Shown here: positions 26,321 to 40,299 of the stretch, piece by piece
How the letters are laid out: each line of letters opens with the position of its first letter
How positions within the stretch are numbered: position 1 is the first letter of the stretch
Assembly (NCBI GenBank): GCA_977030845.1
Contig: OZ365110.1
Location: 55,490,001 to 55,554,000 of the forward strand
Length of the DNA: 64,000 nucleotides
Direction: 5' to 3'
Origin: Fimbriosthenelais zetlandica
Taxonomy: Eukaryota
Notes under the pieces: model-generated
Told to the model about the DNA's origin: nothing
The model's input: only the letters and a program-made list of their open reading frames with translations
The model's database searches: none
Program-made: the position numbers and the translations under genes

Positions 26321-29300
26321 TTAAAAGAAAGCCGCGTTTGTGAAGTATTGATCAAAGTATACTAAAAGGTCTGACAGAGACATATTTTCCACACAAGACT
26401 AAAATACATAAAGGAAAAATTGGATATTCAAGTACAAGAATCTGTCAAAATCATAATAAACGTTTATGTTTAAAAATTGCTTTCCAAAAGGAAAGATAAC
26501 AAACAAAGTAAAAACCAAGCAAGAAATCTGCTACAAAAAGGCAATTGAAACCACAGACAAACTCTTTCTTCCTTGTTTTGCTAATTTCTGACAAAAGAGA
26601 CAAAGAGAGTTGACATTGCATGTAAACCACTCAATCACTACCCTATCATTTGACGACCAACTACAGGTAGGCACTGAATGAAATGATCAGAATCAATGAT
26701 GTCTTTCATGACTCATGACATATCTACAAATGATCTGGAGGTACAAGCAAGTCAAAGGGGATCTTGAGGAGTTGAATGATGGCCTTCCCATCCATCTCTT
26801 CCTGACATAGAGAGGAACAATGAGTCGGGTGTAGGCCCTATCATGAGCCCACAGAACGAGAGCGAATCATTTTTAACCTGCTCTCAGTCGCCCAGTGCTC
26901 TTTCCCTGTCAGTGGGAGAGATAACTAAGGCATGGCCGGGAAATGACCGCCCGGATCAATAAGGCTGGTGTATATAATTAGTTTGACATTTCCATACACC
27001 GCCCCACTGGGGCTTAATTATGACCAGAATTGATTCAGGCCTTATTGAGAACAGCATTTGTCACTCTAACATTGTGTCTTTGTACCAATTAGTCCACTTT
27101 AGGACTACTGGGATCATAACAATATCAAGAAATCAGGGGCGGATCTGGGATTTTGTGGGGACAAGAATAATCTCTGAAAGGGACCATGACCAATTACATC
27201 CCTCTAGATCCGTCCTCGAAATATATAGCTATTAAAATTTGTGATGATATAACACTGCGAGAAGAATAATTGCAACAAACAATGCCAGATTTGATTTTGT
27301 TTTGATGAATCTGAGCAACAAGGATGTAAGACATAGACAGGACTGGGTGGTGATGAAGACCTCCCGAGCATGGACGATAATAGGCAAACAAGGCCGTGGA
27401 GTGGCAGGATTATCAGAGAGACTGAGAGAGGGAGGCAGAGAGGGAGGGAGGGAGGGAGGGAGGGAGGGAGGGATAGAGGGTTTATTATCAGAGCCAGGGC
27501 CAAGAATGTGAGGACACTTGAAGGGTGCTATGGGCCACTTAAGAAGCTAGAGAGACATGGCGGACTACTTTCAAATAAATCCCTCCGCCGCCGCACTATA
27601 TTGGTGTGTGTCGGCCGCGCCAACACTTCCCCAATGGCCTTGTTACACGTCTAACAATGCAGATTACGGTTTTGAGTCTAATGAGATAGTCAGGGATAAG
27701 GTGTTTGTTCCTTGACCCCCGACAAACACAGACAGTGCATTCTCCTGACCGTCCAGCACCATTATTAGGCCTCCTTCACAACTGTAGATCCGTACCGAGC
27801 AAGCACACTTGATATTTAATTGCGAGCCGAGTGGACACTAAAGAGTTCTGGGGATTCTCTTTCATTGCAAAGAGAGGAGAGGAAGATGTTTCAGCTTTGT
27901 TTGTTCCATACATTCCCTGACCCCGGTCAACTTCCAAGCATTTTAGATCAGATTAGACTAAAAGTCTTTTTGTTTCATCCCACTGTTCAGGGGATGCATG
28001 ACCTAAGCACCAGAGCCGTTAGAATTTAATTCATTAAGTCCATATTACCCTGAATGTCATAATCTTTTACCTCAGAAATTGCTGGGAAGATTCATGCCTT
28101 AACCATATGAAAGGCCCGACCATTTCAAAGGCCAGGCATGAAAACTAATCTCAACGTTTGGTCTATAAGAATGGGAAGCCTCATATGAATGGGTCCAGAC
28201 ACTTCTTATAGTCTCTGGGGATCGGGGATTTCTTACAGCAAGTGTCGGGAATCTCTCAATATTCACCGCGGATTTGTCCTCGCAGCTTAAGTCTGAAAGG
28301 TGGCCGCTTATCACGAGGAATAGAGGAATAAAGACACAAAATGTGACAGCTTGGTTGAGGAAGACAATGTCAGCAAAAGGTTTTCCAGCCCAGTGATCAA
28401 GACCTTTGAGAAGGGCTGTGAATGCCTTTGTGACATGATGAAAATCTCTGCCCTCTCACTGCTGAGGCAGTGATGATGAGCCAGCGCTCACTCCTCCACG
28501 AACCCCCCCAGCTGCTGCTACGTCCAGTCAGCTAGGCAGATTAGGTCCCTTCAGAAGTTGGCAGAAAATTCATGTGACTCACAAGGCCTCCTCGGACAGT
28601 CAGTCGGACTCCGCTAGTAATATTTTTAATGTACACATGAGAATCGTGTCTTACAAAGAGATGGACCAAACACGAAGTGACAGGTTCAATCGGTGGCCGT
28701 CAGAGGGGGCAACATGACCCCATGACGTGTCCCCGTGCCACACCCTCACTGATATATGCCCTCTCAGCTCACCGGGGCCAAAAATCCCATCCCATAAATG
28801 TGATTACTCCGGGTAAAGGCCCAATTAAGCAGAGTTTCCATAATTCCGGTCCGGCTGCTTAGCTCCGGACTGAGCGGGCGACCCATGTTTGAAATGGATA
28901 GGCAGAGAGAGTGAGAGGGGAGCGAGGGACATGAAAGCTTTTTTGGCTAATCCACTTCAGCTGGGTACTGGCGAGGGCTGGCCAAAGCTGGTCAATAATA
29001 GACTTGTCCACGTCTCTGATTTTTCATCATATTTTCAGCGTGTGAAATATCAAAACCAGAAACCACGAGGGAGTTCAGAGACCACTGGAGGATTCAAGTC
29101 CAAGCCTGGGAGTGGAGCATTATCCTTGCTAATAGCCTCTCTGAGAGACTTTGATGTCGGGGGCTGAGGGCTAGTCTAGGTCAATAGAAAAGCCCTGAGA
29201 GAGGGGGAGAGGGGGGAGGAGGGGGAGGGGGAGGTAGTGGAGCGGTTAATGGAGGGACTGGACCACAGGCTCTCTCTTGGCCAGCTCAGCCTCAGCAGCT

Positions 29301-31889
29301 GGACAGAGAGTACAATGACAGGAGCTCAGCATCTGGGCGAGAGAGAAAAATCTGGGCATTCAGTAAATACTGCTGCATATTTCAGGGTTCTACTGAAATC
29401 TCCTCCAGTTTGGAGACTTTTTAATCACTTCTGGCGCAGAAATAATTCCAGAAATGACCTCAGAAAATATAATATTTTGGAAATATTCCAGAAATAACCC
29501 TCTCTTAAATCCTACAGGTGTGAGTAACTATTGAATACTGAAGCCACTCCCAAAGTGTCTCAGTGGCTTCCTATATTATGCCAAACTCTAAATGTAGAGT
29601 TATTTTTGATTCAATCAGCACTTTTCATAATAATCCTTAGAAAACTTATAATATAAACAATATTATAGATTCCTCCCCATAGAGTGCTGCTAACAAACCA
29701 ATATTTTCTGAAGGACATTTTGCTATTGCACCAATAGTTTCTCAGTTATTTCAGCACAGAAGGCCTTGGACAGCAGAGAGAGGGCTTTTGTTGACAAATA
29801 GGGAGAACATTGATTGGCGTTTTGTCTCTTGTAAGGTTATCTTTGTCCCAATAGTCCTGCTCTTCTTCATCAATCTTCGTCAGGTCTCTCCTGCCAAACT
29901 CTGAACGCCGACCTGTCGTTCTTGAACGCCAACCTGTCGTCCGTGCGCCCGGTTATCGCCCATCCCAGGTGTGGTCATTATATATCCCAGTAGTAGGACC
30001 CCGTGTATAATTTGTCTCAGTATACCTACAAAAGTACTTGAGAGCCAGGGACATTTTATTTCCATTTGAATGGGACATTATATACTCTAACAATGGGTAA
30101 GGAGTTCATATATCCAGCTCTAGCCTCTTCTGGCAGTCACTCGAGTGGAAAGCAAACGCCTTATCCCCATTGAGGGAAAGTGTAATGGTCCCCGGTGCAT
30201 GTGTACAAAGGCTACTCGGACAAACAGGCTTCAGCCACTTGATTATGATCGTCCAGTGCAAATACCACTGCAATTGATATTTCACCTAGAGTTCTTGTCA
30301 CTTCCATTGTTTTCTTTACACTTGAGATATATATCCCCCATTAAAATTGACCTATCTTAAATTCCCAACCCGAGAGTTTAAGAGAGTGCAAATTTTATGT
30401 GGACCCGATACAAAAGGGAATCACGGAAGGTTCTGAGGAAATAAAATAAAAGTCCATACAAAAGCTTACGACTTCCGGTACAATCTTAAAATTAGTTTTA
30501 AATTCTCCGCTGTTATATATAGAAAATGTCATTTGAATGTATAGGGGAGGGTGGGTGGGCTGACCATAAAATTGCGAAAACAAAAGAAAATGGATTTTTT
30601 TGTTCTAGAAAGGTGTGGGAAGTGGTTTGCATCCACAGGGGGGTTTCCACAGTGACCTGGAAGTGAACACGTGGTCCCTTTTTGACTCCTGTGCATGCAT
30701 GTGTAGGTCCTTTGACCGCCATTAGTGGATAACCTTAGCAACTGACCACCCCTATATACTGTAGTCATGTCATTCCACAACTGACCCCTTCATAACTGCC
30801 CCATGATCAGGGAAAATATAGGTGTAAGACTTGAGTATGGGTCAAAGGCCAAGTTTCTTATCTCTCACTGGAGCCGCGACCATGGCTGTTCAGGGTGAAA
30901 AAGTCCAATGATTAATCGGTGAGAGATAAGGGAAATTATGGCGGGATTTGTTGATTTGGGCAACATGGGGAACTATCAGCCCCCAACCGTGACCCATTAT
31001 AGGAAGGGAAGGGTGAGGAGGGCTGAGTAGAAGGTGGGAGGAGGGTGAGGTTAGTATAGGTCATGAAGGGCATTGCACTGCAAGGATCTGGTGATAGAAA
31101 TCCAATAAAAGGTTTTAAATCTTCTCAGAACAAAAGTTTTTTCATGGAATCATGTCATTGTTCGTCAACTTTAACTTTTTTTTGTGGGGGGGGGGGGGGG
31201 GGGGGTGCAAAAAGGAAAAATTATGGTCCCTCAGTGCGCATAAGGGCATCTGACATCCTATACTTGAAGCGTTAATGCAAAGGGATGATAAAAATCCCAT
31301 ACTTGGGAGCCACGAAGCCCACAAAGCCATTGTCATTGGAATGGAACAAGAATCTGATGCCAAAAATATTTGCCAATCCTGACATGTTCATCGGAGGCAC
31401 TTTTTTAGAGTGCTATCTGTACACGGACACTTTGAGTGTTATCAGATATGAGGAGCAGTCTGTGGATACCATCAGAGAGGAGGAGTAGATGGAGGGTCCA
31501 TGTTAGTCCTCACCTCTATAACTACATCCCTCTCTCTACATTATCCTTGTGATGACAGATTCTGACACTAGGGGCGGTGGCTAACCTCTCAACTAGATTC
31601 ACCAGCCCTCTAACAAGCTCCCCCCACCAAAACAAACACCCCGCCTACACACAATCCAGGCTGTATCCCTTATCTATGGGCTTAGTGTATCTTTCTATAC
31701 TCGTTGGTACATATACTGACTCCTGAATGAAGTTGGGGGTGAGTGAGTGTGAGTGTGAGTGAAAATACATCAACTCGGTTTAACTGAAAAATTGAATTTT
31801 TCAGTTATCTGAGGAACAGGAGGAAACATGCTGTTGGTGCACAATGGTCTGCTCCTCCCGAACAATGCTTTTTCATATGACTCTATACT

Positions 31890-32319
31890 ATGCTCTCACC
31901 ATAGATAGTGTGAAACTTGGTGGGCCTTATACATGCCTCTCACCATAGATAGTGGGAAACTTGGTGGGCCTTTTACATGCCTCTCACCATAGATAGTGGG
32001 AAACTTGGTGGACCTTTTACATGCCTCTCACCATAGATAGTGGGAAACTTGGTGGGCCTTTTACATGCCTCTCACCATAGATAGTGGGAAACTTGGTGGG
32101 CCTTTTACATGCCTCTCAGCAGAGACAGTGGGAAACTTGGTGGGCCTTTTATATGCCTCTCAGCAGAGACAGTGGGAAACTTGGTGGGCCTTTTACATGC
32201 CTCTCAGCAGAGACAGTGGGAAACATGCATGGTTGGCCCTTTTACATGCCTCTCAGCAGAGACAGTGGGAAACATGCATGGTTGGCCCTTTTACATGTTT
32301 CTCATCACAGACAATGGGA
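31890..32319. repeat. Minisatellite, about 9.5 copies of a 44/49-bp unit
   Basis: Unit atgcctctcaccatagatagtgggaaacttggtgggccttttac, starting at 31890, 31933, 31977, 32021, 32065, 32109, 32153, 32197, 32246 and 32295 (partial). No unique spacers. Confidence 0.95.
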
Positions 32320-32598
32320 GATGTCCATTGATAGGTTATCCCAGTTAGCAGGAATGGGTGGGGAAGAATCAAATTAGGGACAGCAGAGCATGTCTCTAAA
32401 AGAAGGAACAATCTGTGTGTATTTTGACTGGTCTGGAGGGATGATAAGAGCCTGGTATTATAGATAGGTAAATGGAGTGACAGTCGCTGGTATTCTTTAC
32501 AGGGGTAATGTTTCAGTAATATGCCAAACATATGCTCACAGCTCGGCTCTAATCTGACAGTACTTATCCCAGGCCTGGCTCGCAGCGAGCACGGAAAA

Positions 32599-32698
32599 AC
32601 GTCAGACTGTCACGTCAGTGAGCAGACGCTGACGTCTGACGTGGGTGTCAGCTGTCACATGACGTGAAGTGACGTACGGGCATGTGTGTACGACGTGC
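32599..32698. promoter_or_regulatory. Candidate enhancer: TGACGT (CRE half-site) cluster
   Basis: Six TGACGT (minus strand at 32599 and 32612; plus strand at 32630, 32637, 32660, 32670) plus TGTCA motifs in 100 bp. Confidence 0.45.
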
Positions 32699-32915
32699 TC
32701 CATGGTAATCTCACGCGGGCAATACTAGACCTCATATTTCACATTCCTCTATACTGTACTAGTGCTATAGGCAGGGTATGTACATTAGATACAGGGGTGT
32801 TGGATTTAATGTGGAGGGAGGGATAGAGGGAGGTGGAAGGAGGGAGGGAGAGAGAGGGTAAGGGAGGGAGAGAGTGAAGAGGCAACGAGAGAACGACAGA
32901 GAACAAGAAAGGGTA

Positions 32916-33070
32916 NNNNNNNNNNNNNNNNNNNNNNNNNNNNNNNNNNNNNNNNNNNNNNNNNNNNNNNNNNNNNNNNNNNNNNNNNNNNNNNNNNNNN
33001 NNNNNNNNNNNNNNNNNNNNNNNNNNNNNNNNNNNNNNNNNNNNNNNNNNNNNNNNNNNNNNNNNNNNNN
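32916..33070. other. Assembly gap (N run)
   Basis: 155 Ns, preceded by a GA-rich tract. Confidence 0.99.
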
Positions 33071-34040
33071 CCTGTTACCATAATGGTCCATCAGGGGAAA
33101 TTACGATGACTATCTGTTAGCTTGTACAGTGAAAGGTACTGATTTCCTTTACAGTGCAGAGAGAATGTTTTAATCAATAGATTACATTAAATCTGGGAGC
33201 TGTATGAGTGTAGAGCACCCTGGTCTGACCCTGGTGGTGTGGTGTGTGGAGCATGTACCTGCGGTAGGGGGCGCTGTGTATGACTAATAGGCACGTCTGA
33301 CCTGTGGAAACCGACACTCACATGTATACCAAATGCATGAGCAGCTCACCGACACCTCCTGACAACTCCCAATGGCCCTGAACGCTCCCGCCATTTCCAC
33401 TGGTTTACAAGTGCTTCAAATACAAGACACATGGTGCGAAGGGCGGCTAGCCCTGCACAATAACAAATATTCCATACATGATACTCCCAACCCACACTGT
33501 ACAAGGCTACCATTCATATCTACTCCTCCAGTGGCTCGAATGTACTTCCTAAATCAAATCACGGAGTACGTACGTACGGGGCTATTCATTTCTATGGAAA
33601 GACCCAATTCAATGGGAGCTCAATTCAAGACATGGATATTTATAAAGATACCTTTCCATGTGAAAAGAAAGAGATACACCGGTGGTTTAGGAATGGTGAG
33701 AAATAGTTCGTCCTGGGGGAGAGTGGGGGAAAAAGGCATAGAATACAGTGGACACTTACGGTGCCCATTCTCATGCGGGAGGTGTGCGTCTGCAGGCCCC
33801 GCCTAATGAATAAATTGCCTGAACGTGAGGCAGCAAACAAACTAGTGAAGTGTCTAGCACCGGAGCCGGTCGCTTCAGCTAGAGTCCACCACCTCTGAGG
33901 CTTAACTCAAACAGCCTAATTACAGCAAGGCGGTTAATTGTCTTCCCCCACAGGAGTCTGCGGCATTGATGAAGGAAGGAGCGGCTTCCTGTGTGGAATG
34001 ATAATTCTAAAAATACTACATGGCTTCCTCTCCACTATAA

Positions 34041-34246
34041 AAACTCAGACTCAGTCCACTGGTGCGATTTTGTTTGCGATACTACTGCGACCAAGGCGAT
34101 GCCTGTGTCGCGATGAAATTCATAAGTGTCGAAGGTCCACCACTAGTGCATTTTCCATTGCGAATCATCTGGATTCCAGCAAATGTATTGCAATTCATTG
34201 AACTTTTCACTGAACAGTGCAAATGGAAGCCAGTTTGTCTGAGTTT
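34041..34246. mobile_element. MITE family B copy (degenerate)
   Basis: Ends aaactcagac...gtctgagttt. The left arm ccactggtgcgattttgtttgcgatactactgcgaccaaggcgatgcctgtg closely matches the TIR of 25566-25776. Confidence 0.65.
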
Positions 34247-34624
34247 TGAAGCTCACAAATAAGCTCAGCCCTTTCAGTGTTGATGTATATATAGGATGCC
34301 TACATCTATGTCTTTGGGTATGCAGTCAATATCCGAGTGGTTTATTGCCTCGGGGTGTGTGCCAACATATATAAAAGCAGGGGCATCTAAAGTAGAACGA
34401 TTTCTGCCCGAGGCCGCCTTCCTTCCCTAGCGTTAAAGTAGAAAGTCTACCTTAACACATTTAGGATCAAAGACTTCTTCCAATTGCTCAGCCGAGCTTT
34501 GGTGGCAATTCACCTTAGAATAGTACAGATCCTATAATGATTCATTGTATAATTAGGCCTATTGCTGGAGGTCATTTCAAATGCCTTTAAATGCAATCTT
34601 CCAATTTTTACTCTAGTCTTTCAC

Positions 34625-34702
34625 AGTCTTTCAATTGATATTCAGTTTCTAGTCTTTCAATTGACATTCAGTTTTTAGTCTTTCAACTGACATTCAGTTT
34701 CT
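34625..34702. repeat. 26-bp tandem repeat x3
   Basis: agtctttcaattgacattcagtttct with 1-2 substitutions per copy. Confidence 0.85.
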
Positions 34703-35205
34703 GTTGGAGAAGATTCCAGCACATGAGAATGTAAGTTGATACTTGCCAGGATCGGGATCTGGATGTCTTTATATATCTGCCAGGGGTTAAGCATTTGTGG
34801 CTGATAAAGAAGCAGACCATGTCAATGAAGCAGGTGTTTGTGTTGCGAGTCTCTCTCACTTCTTTTTTTCACAACATGTGTACATGGAGGATCACTGGTG
34901 GATCACTGGTCCAAGAGAACAGCATGTTCTCCTCTCAGAGATAACACAGGATTCAGGTACAAAACCCACCTCCTGAAAACTTCACCAACAAGCAGATCAC
35001 CAACTGCAGGGAATAGTTTTTGAGCATACTTTGACTGGGCATTTCTTTTGGAAAAAAGGCTGTAGAGAAAGGAACAAAAATGGGACTGGCTAAAGAAGAC
35101 CCACTGGGCTCCTTCCTCTGTAGCTGGCACATGTGATGTGTTTTCACAAAACTAGAGATATGTTTTGATGAAGGGGTAAGTTTGCAGACATATGGGGGAA
35201 ACAGA

Positions 35206-35295
35206 GGGGTTTGTTTCATAATATAGATGTGTCACGTTAAGCCATAGACTTATAACATTGGGTAATGTAGCGCATTTTGTTATGAAACAAGCCCC
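35206..35295. mobile_element. MITE family A copy
   Basis: ggggtttgtttcataa...ccatagactt...ttatgaaacaagcccc. Confidence 0.7.
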
Positions 35296-35825
35296 AGGGT
35301 GTGAGGGAGCTACACAGAGGTGAGGGCGAAATTCAGGACTTTGGTACCAACTTGTATACCCTAAATGAATGCATTTTCAGCAAGGACATTATTTGCTCAG
35401 ATAATTGCATTGAACAATCCAAGGAGGAAGTTGCAATAGACAGTTTAACTTATTCAAGGAATCTCATTTTTCGATGTATTGACGCATCTTTGCTCTCCAA
35501 ACTAAACAGACTTCTCATATTTGAAATCTTACATCTTTGGTAAAATAGGAGCCAGAAATAATTTACAAAATTCCAAATAGTTTTGGGAGCGCATGGATCT
35601 AAATAAGGCCCTGTTCTCCCTTCTGTCTCTCCCTGCCTAGCTCTCTCCCCATCTCTCTCTCTCTCCCTCCCTCTCTCTCATCCACATCTGGCGTTGACTG
35701 GACCCCGGCCAGGTAGTTCCACCCTGTGACATTTAGCACCCGGGTTTTACCTTCACACCGCTACCACTGAGTACCAAGAGCCAGCCAAATGCTCGGTTCA
35801 AGTCCGCAACTCAACAAGAAGATCA

Positions 35826-35885
35826 GGGGGCAGGTTTCATAAGATGTGCAACAACACAAGCCCATAGATTTATGAAACAGGGCAC
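35826..35885. mobile_element. MITE family A copy (degenerate)
   Basis: gggggcaggtttcataa...cccataga...ttatgaaacagggcac. Confidence 0.5.
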
Positions 35886-36935
35886 TGAACTTCCCAAGAT
35901 CTTAAAATGGTACAATGTATTTCAAATACATTTTCGTCACATTCTGCAAGGTACTCGCTTGGAGATCAGGAGTTGCGCGTGCTTGCGGCCTTATGCAACA
36001 CCCCCATGTAATGTGGCATTATAATACCGGTGGACTTAATTAGGAAATGCCCCTCAATCTTACTTAATAAGGTCTTCCAACCCTGCCCTTCCCCAGTCTG
36101 TCAATTGAGTTATCTGCTGTCAATTTTAAATGAAGAAGCCGAATGTTGAAGAGAACCTTGATGTACTTTTTCATTGATTTCTAAAGCCCACCAGTGATTA
36201 ATTCCCATCCACATCCACCATGTTGATCTATGAGTGATAACTATGTTCACGGCCGCTCACTACCGGGTCATAACGGTCGTGAGTGGCGATAAACACACAT
36301 TGTCACAACCAGCTGGAGTCTGTCAACAGGACGTCTTCATTTTCCACTACATCAACCTCTCTGGATGAGGAAGCATAGACACAACACCCACCAACTCCGG
36401 GGCGCCAGTCCTTTGATTCCCCCTCACACCTAATTGGCTGAGCACTAACAAACAAAATTGGCGGCGGGAATTCAATAAGCAGGCCGATAAACACATATGA
36501 AGTTTACATTTAAAGCGGGTGTGGGTGTGAAGAAGGGATGTTTGGTTCAAATACAGGGGGGGAGGGGGAGGGGGAAAAGGGGGAGGGGGAGACATCATTA
36601 GTGAAAGACCAGGGAAGCCAGCATTGAAGACTGTTTTCCTCCTTACTGGGAAGCGTTCGGGTGGAATTCATGTACAGGGAGGGGTCTGACTCGGAAGTGG
36701 GTTCGAGTATAATAACACCCCTGTTTCTATAGAGTTGGTCATTGTGTCTTTAGGTCTTGCCTTCATTGTTTTTGGCTTGATACATTACAATCATTTTTAA
36801 AAAAAATTTAAATGGATTTGACTGATACAATATCAGCATGAACTGGTTTTTTCTTGTATACCCAGTTTACTCATACATCTATGCAGAAATTGGAGGGAGT
36901 TTTACTGTATAAAATAAATGGTTTATGTTACATAC

Positions 36936-37134
36936 CTCCTAAGCACTCCTCCTAGCAATGAAGCGTTTAGACACTCGGGTGGGGACAGTCTTCGTTGGAC
37001 CTCGGCTACTGTCACCTTGTATTTGGATGTACTGCTCAACAATGACAATCGGCCGGGAACGCCGCAGAAAACATCGGTCGGCGAGGCCACGCCTGATATT
37101 ACGATATCCTTCTGGTCTGGTTTACGAATTCCGG
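36936..37134 (-). CDS. TFAP2: AP-2 transcription factor, exon equivalent to vertebrate exon 4 (start of DNA-binding domain)
   Basis: Translates as [66 protein letters not shown](R), the hallmark AP-2 sequence. Acceptor ttctattttaacag|CC, donor AGGAG|gtatgt. Length 199 nt, phase 1 in and phase 2 out. Not shown in the supplied ORF track. Confidence 0.97.
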
Positions 37135-37343
37135 CTGTTAAAATAGAAAAAAAATACAGGTTAAAGCATTGTTAATGTGGGTTAAAATTTTAATTTTCAG
37201 AATTTGATCCGATGCAAGATGCTCTGGAATATATTTGAAAACTTTAGATAGATAGATTAAGATTAGGAAGAACATATATTATTAGGTTCATCTTTGAAAG
37301 CACAAACGCAACAAAACATGTTAAATTGCTCTTCTCAGATCTA

Positions 37344-37432
37344 GGGTCTGTTTCAGAAAAAAATGCGCAGTGACATTAGCCCATACATTACCATTGGCTT
37401 ATGAAATGCATCTTTGTTATGAAACAGGCCCC
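37344..37432. mobile_element. MITE family A copy
   Basis: gggtctgtttcagaa...cccatac...ttatgaaacaggcccc. Confidence 0.65.
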
Positions 37433-40299
37433 TGTTGTTATTCTGTTAATGCTCTAGTGTATTGTGCCGTGTTATGGAATGCTCAGTGCAAGTAACAATG
37501 CAATCATTTAGTAAGTGAAACGAGTCCATGACATGTTAGGGTTTCCTGGACCGTTTCTGGGTGATATTATTTTATGAAACACCCCCCTGATTCTGAGACA
37601 GCGATCAGCTGACTTTTGATGCGCGGCATCATGTCAATCGACCCGGGATTTTTTTCTGCGGACTGCGCAGGCGCGCCATGTGGAATGTGAGTCATGTGAC
37701 ATCCGGGTCATGATTACCGATATCTTCCTTCTGTTCTCTTTTATTTTGTGATTCGTGAATCCAAGAGAACTCAAGACTATCATACATTCACACTTTAAAA
37801 TGTTAAATATCATTCTCTCAATGTTACACAACATTCTCTCAATGAACTTCCAACCTTCATTTTTTTTATATCCCTCAGGAAACTGATCTCTAGGATGTAT
37901 ATGTAATAATTATGGGGTTCCAGCCACAACGGTATTGAATTGCCATCAGGTTTTTAGAAAGTCATAAGAGGGAACTCAAGACTTGAAGTAAAATCTCTGA
38001 TCCACATTCAATGATCTAAATTCGATGTTTAAACATTTCAGAGATCCACTTTTAAAGTGTTACACCAGTGGGGAACCGTTTGTCTGGCCGGAGGAAGCAA
38101 GGCTCAGTGCATGGGTAGGTTCAGAGGCTACAATTTGACAATAAACACGATACAATTTAGACGTGCCCGGCCAGATTTGAGACAATAGCCCTCGGGAGCG
38201 CCAACAGGCGTCGACAGGGCTGGCAAGCAGGCGCGTTTGGCTGTCATGTTGCAACCGTTGGCTTCAAGAAACTAACACAATTAAGTCAATATTCTGCCAA
38301 TTGATTTCGATCGTGTCGCTTCAAATCTAACTGCTCATGTGTAAAACCCTGCACCTCCATCCCCACCCACCCGCCCACCCCACCCAACCCAACCCACAAA
38401 ATTATTATTATGTAATTAGACCTAGCATGAATCGATAGTAAAATGACGTAATGGATATGGGGAAATGGTGAGAGAGAGGTATATATATTGGGGATGTGGG
38501 AGTTATCTTTTGTTAGTCGGACGTGCGACCCAGTTTGTAGAATGGCCCATTCTTTATGGCGCTCGTACGGTCTTATTTGTATTTTTTTTCGGTAGAGTAA
38601 ATTGCCCAGTGATTGGAGGTAATGGGTTTGCCTCTGTGAGATAGGCACAGAGCAAGGGGTTGTTTGGTGAGTTCGTAGCTCATGAGTCAATACAAAACTT
38701 GAGAGTGTGCTTTGACTTCCAACCACTGCCATTCAACTTGACATTCATCAAGGCAGAAAATGTTCTTTATAGGCCACAAAACACTTTGACCGGTCGGCAT
38801 TTGAATCCGTCCATCGGGCGGGGGTAATGTGTGTAATTTCTGAGCACTGACTATGGGTTTCTCTCCGCTCCGGGATGTGGGGGTCTGCGCACACCGCCAT
38901 CCCATGATCCACAATCATCAAATTTGGCGCCAATTTCTTCTTCAGAGCCCAGCAATGGCGTCTGCTCGACTGAGCAATGGCCCAGTGTTAAACTCCATGG
39001 AATTCACTGTGGCCTTTAGAGGTTTCTAATAGTAGGTATACTTTCAAAACTCTTACTATAGAATTCCAGAGCTGGCTATTTCCATCCCAAAATTTTCAAT
39101 GCAAGTAACAAGCATTGCGTTACCCAGTGTTACCCAACAAACATATTGCGATACCTCGAAACATAATAAATGAAGACTTATCCAACTTTAAATTCTTAAA
39201 TATGAAATGCACGGTTTCTTAATGATATGACAATTACGTAACAAAACAAACATTCATAATACATTCCACAAGAACGGGTGAGGCACTTAAACACTTAATT
39301 AACTATTGGTTATAGAAATACGAGCATTAATGTGTTAAACTCCGGCCACATATATAACTTCACTCCTCGGTCATTTCAGACCAAATCGACGAGAACAAGT
39401 AAGTCAAGTCAGGAGAACAAGAATCTTATCTCACATATCCGTGCAGGAAAAAAACAAAAAAGGCAAACCAAACAAAATCATGGATTAGAGAGAGAGGGTC
39501 AATGAACAATGCAATTATATATCAATACGCAGACACACACAAAAGAATATAAAACAAGATTGTGAGGAACAGAACGCAAGCTTTGAGGCAGATTAGTTTG
39601 TCCGTTGTTACTATGGTAACAACTATGGTAACCATGTTGGTTATTACTGATTAAAGGCGCGGGAGTTGAGCGATAATAGGGCAACACGTGGAGTACACTG
39701 GTAGGATTGTATCGGAGGTACATACATGTAAATGATGATCTTGGTAAGGCATGGAACCAGGACGAGCGAGGTGGGCCTGCATATATAAGCAAAATCACAA
39801 GTCTAAGTATAATAATTATTATCTTTTTTTTTAAAGATCATCACAATATATTCGCCACACAATGAATTGTACATGGCACATAAATGAATTGCTCCGACAG
39901 TTTACATGTGGTTAAAATGCATCATTTTCATTTTTTTTTCGGAGCAATTTTTTTTTGAAAGACTGGTTAGTTATGTTCAAATAATTGTGCAGTGTATCAG
40001 TCATTCAAATATAACATTGTATAATTTCTATTCATTCATTTTTTTTCGACCTGTGTCTTGATAAGAGATGTTGGTATGTGGACCAATTACATCGCCGTGA
40101 TTCCATCAATGATAGGTCAGGGACCTCCAATTGCCCTCAGTGTCTCTCCCAGTCACTATAATGGGAGAAGGGACTGGGGGGAGAGAAGTCCAATATGATT
40201 GTTAAGACAGGCCAGCTGAGGGAGTCTGTCACTGTCATTTCTGACAGACGCCCCATCAGTCTGTGTGGGCCATACATTTAATACAAACCCAGGATCTGG

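Noticed and set aside
31890-32319. CRISPR-like array
   Set aside because: Units are head-to-tail with no unique spacers, there are no cas genes, and the context is eukaryotic. It is a minisatellite, and the ORFs listed over it are repeat artefacts.
33755-33795. 30-nt micro-exon between exons 4 and 5a (ctgcag|ACGCAC...GGCACC|gtaagt, minus strand)
   Set aside because: In the required phase 2 it reads into TGA, and the acceptor has no pyrimidine tract.
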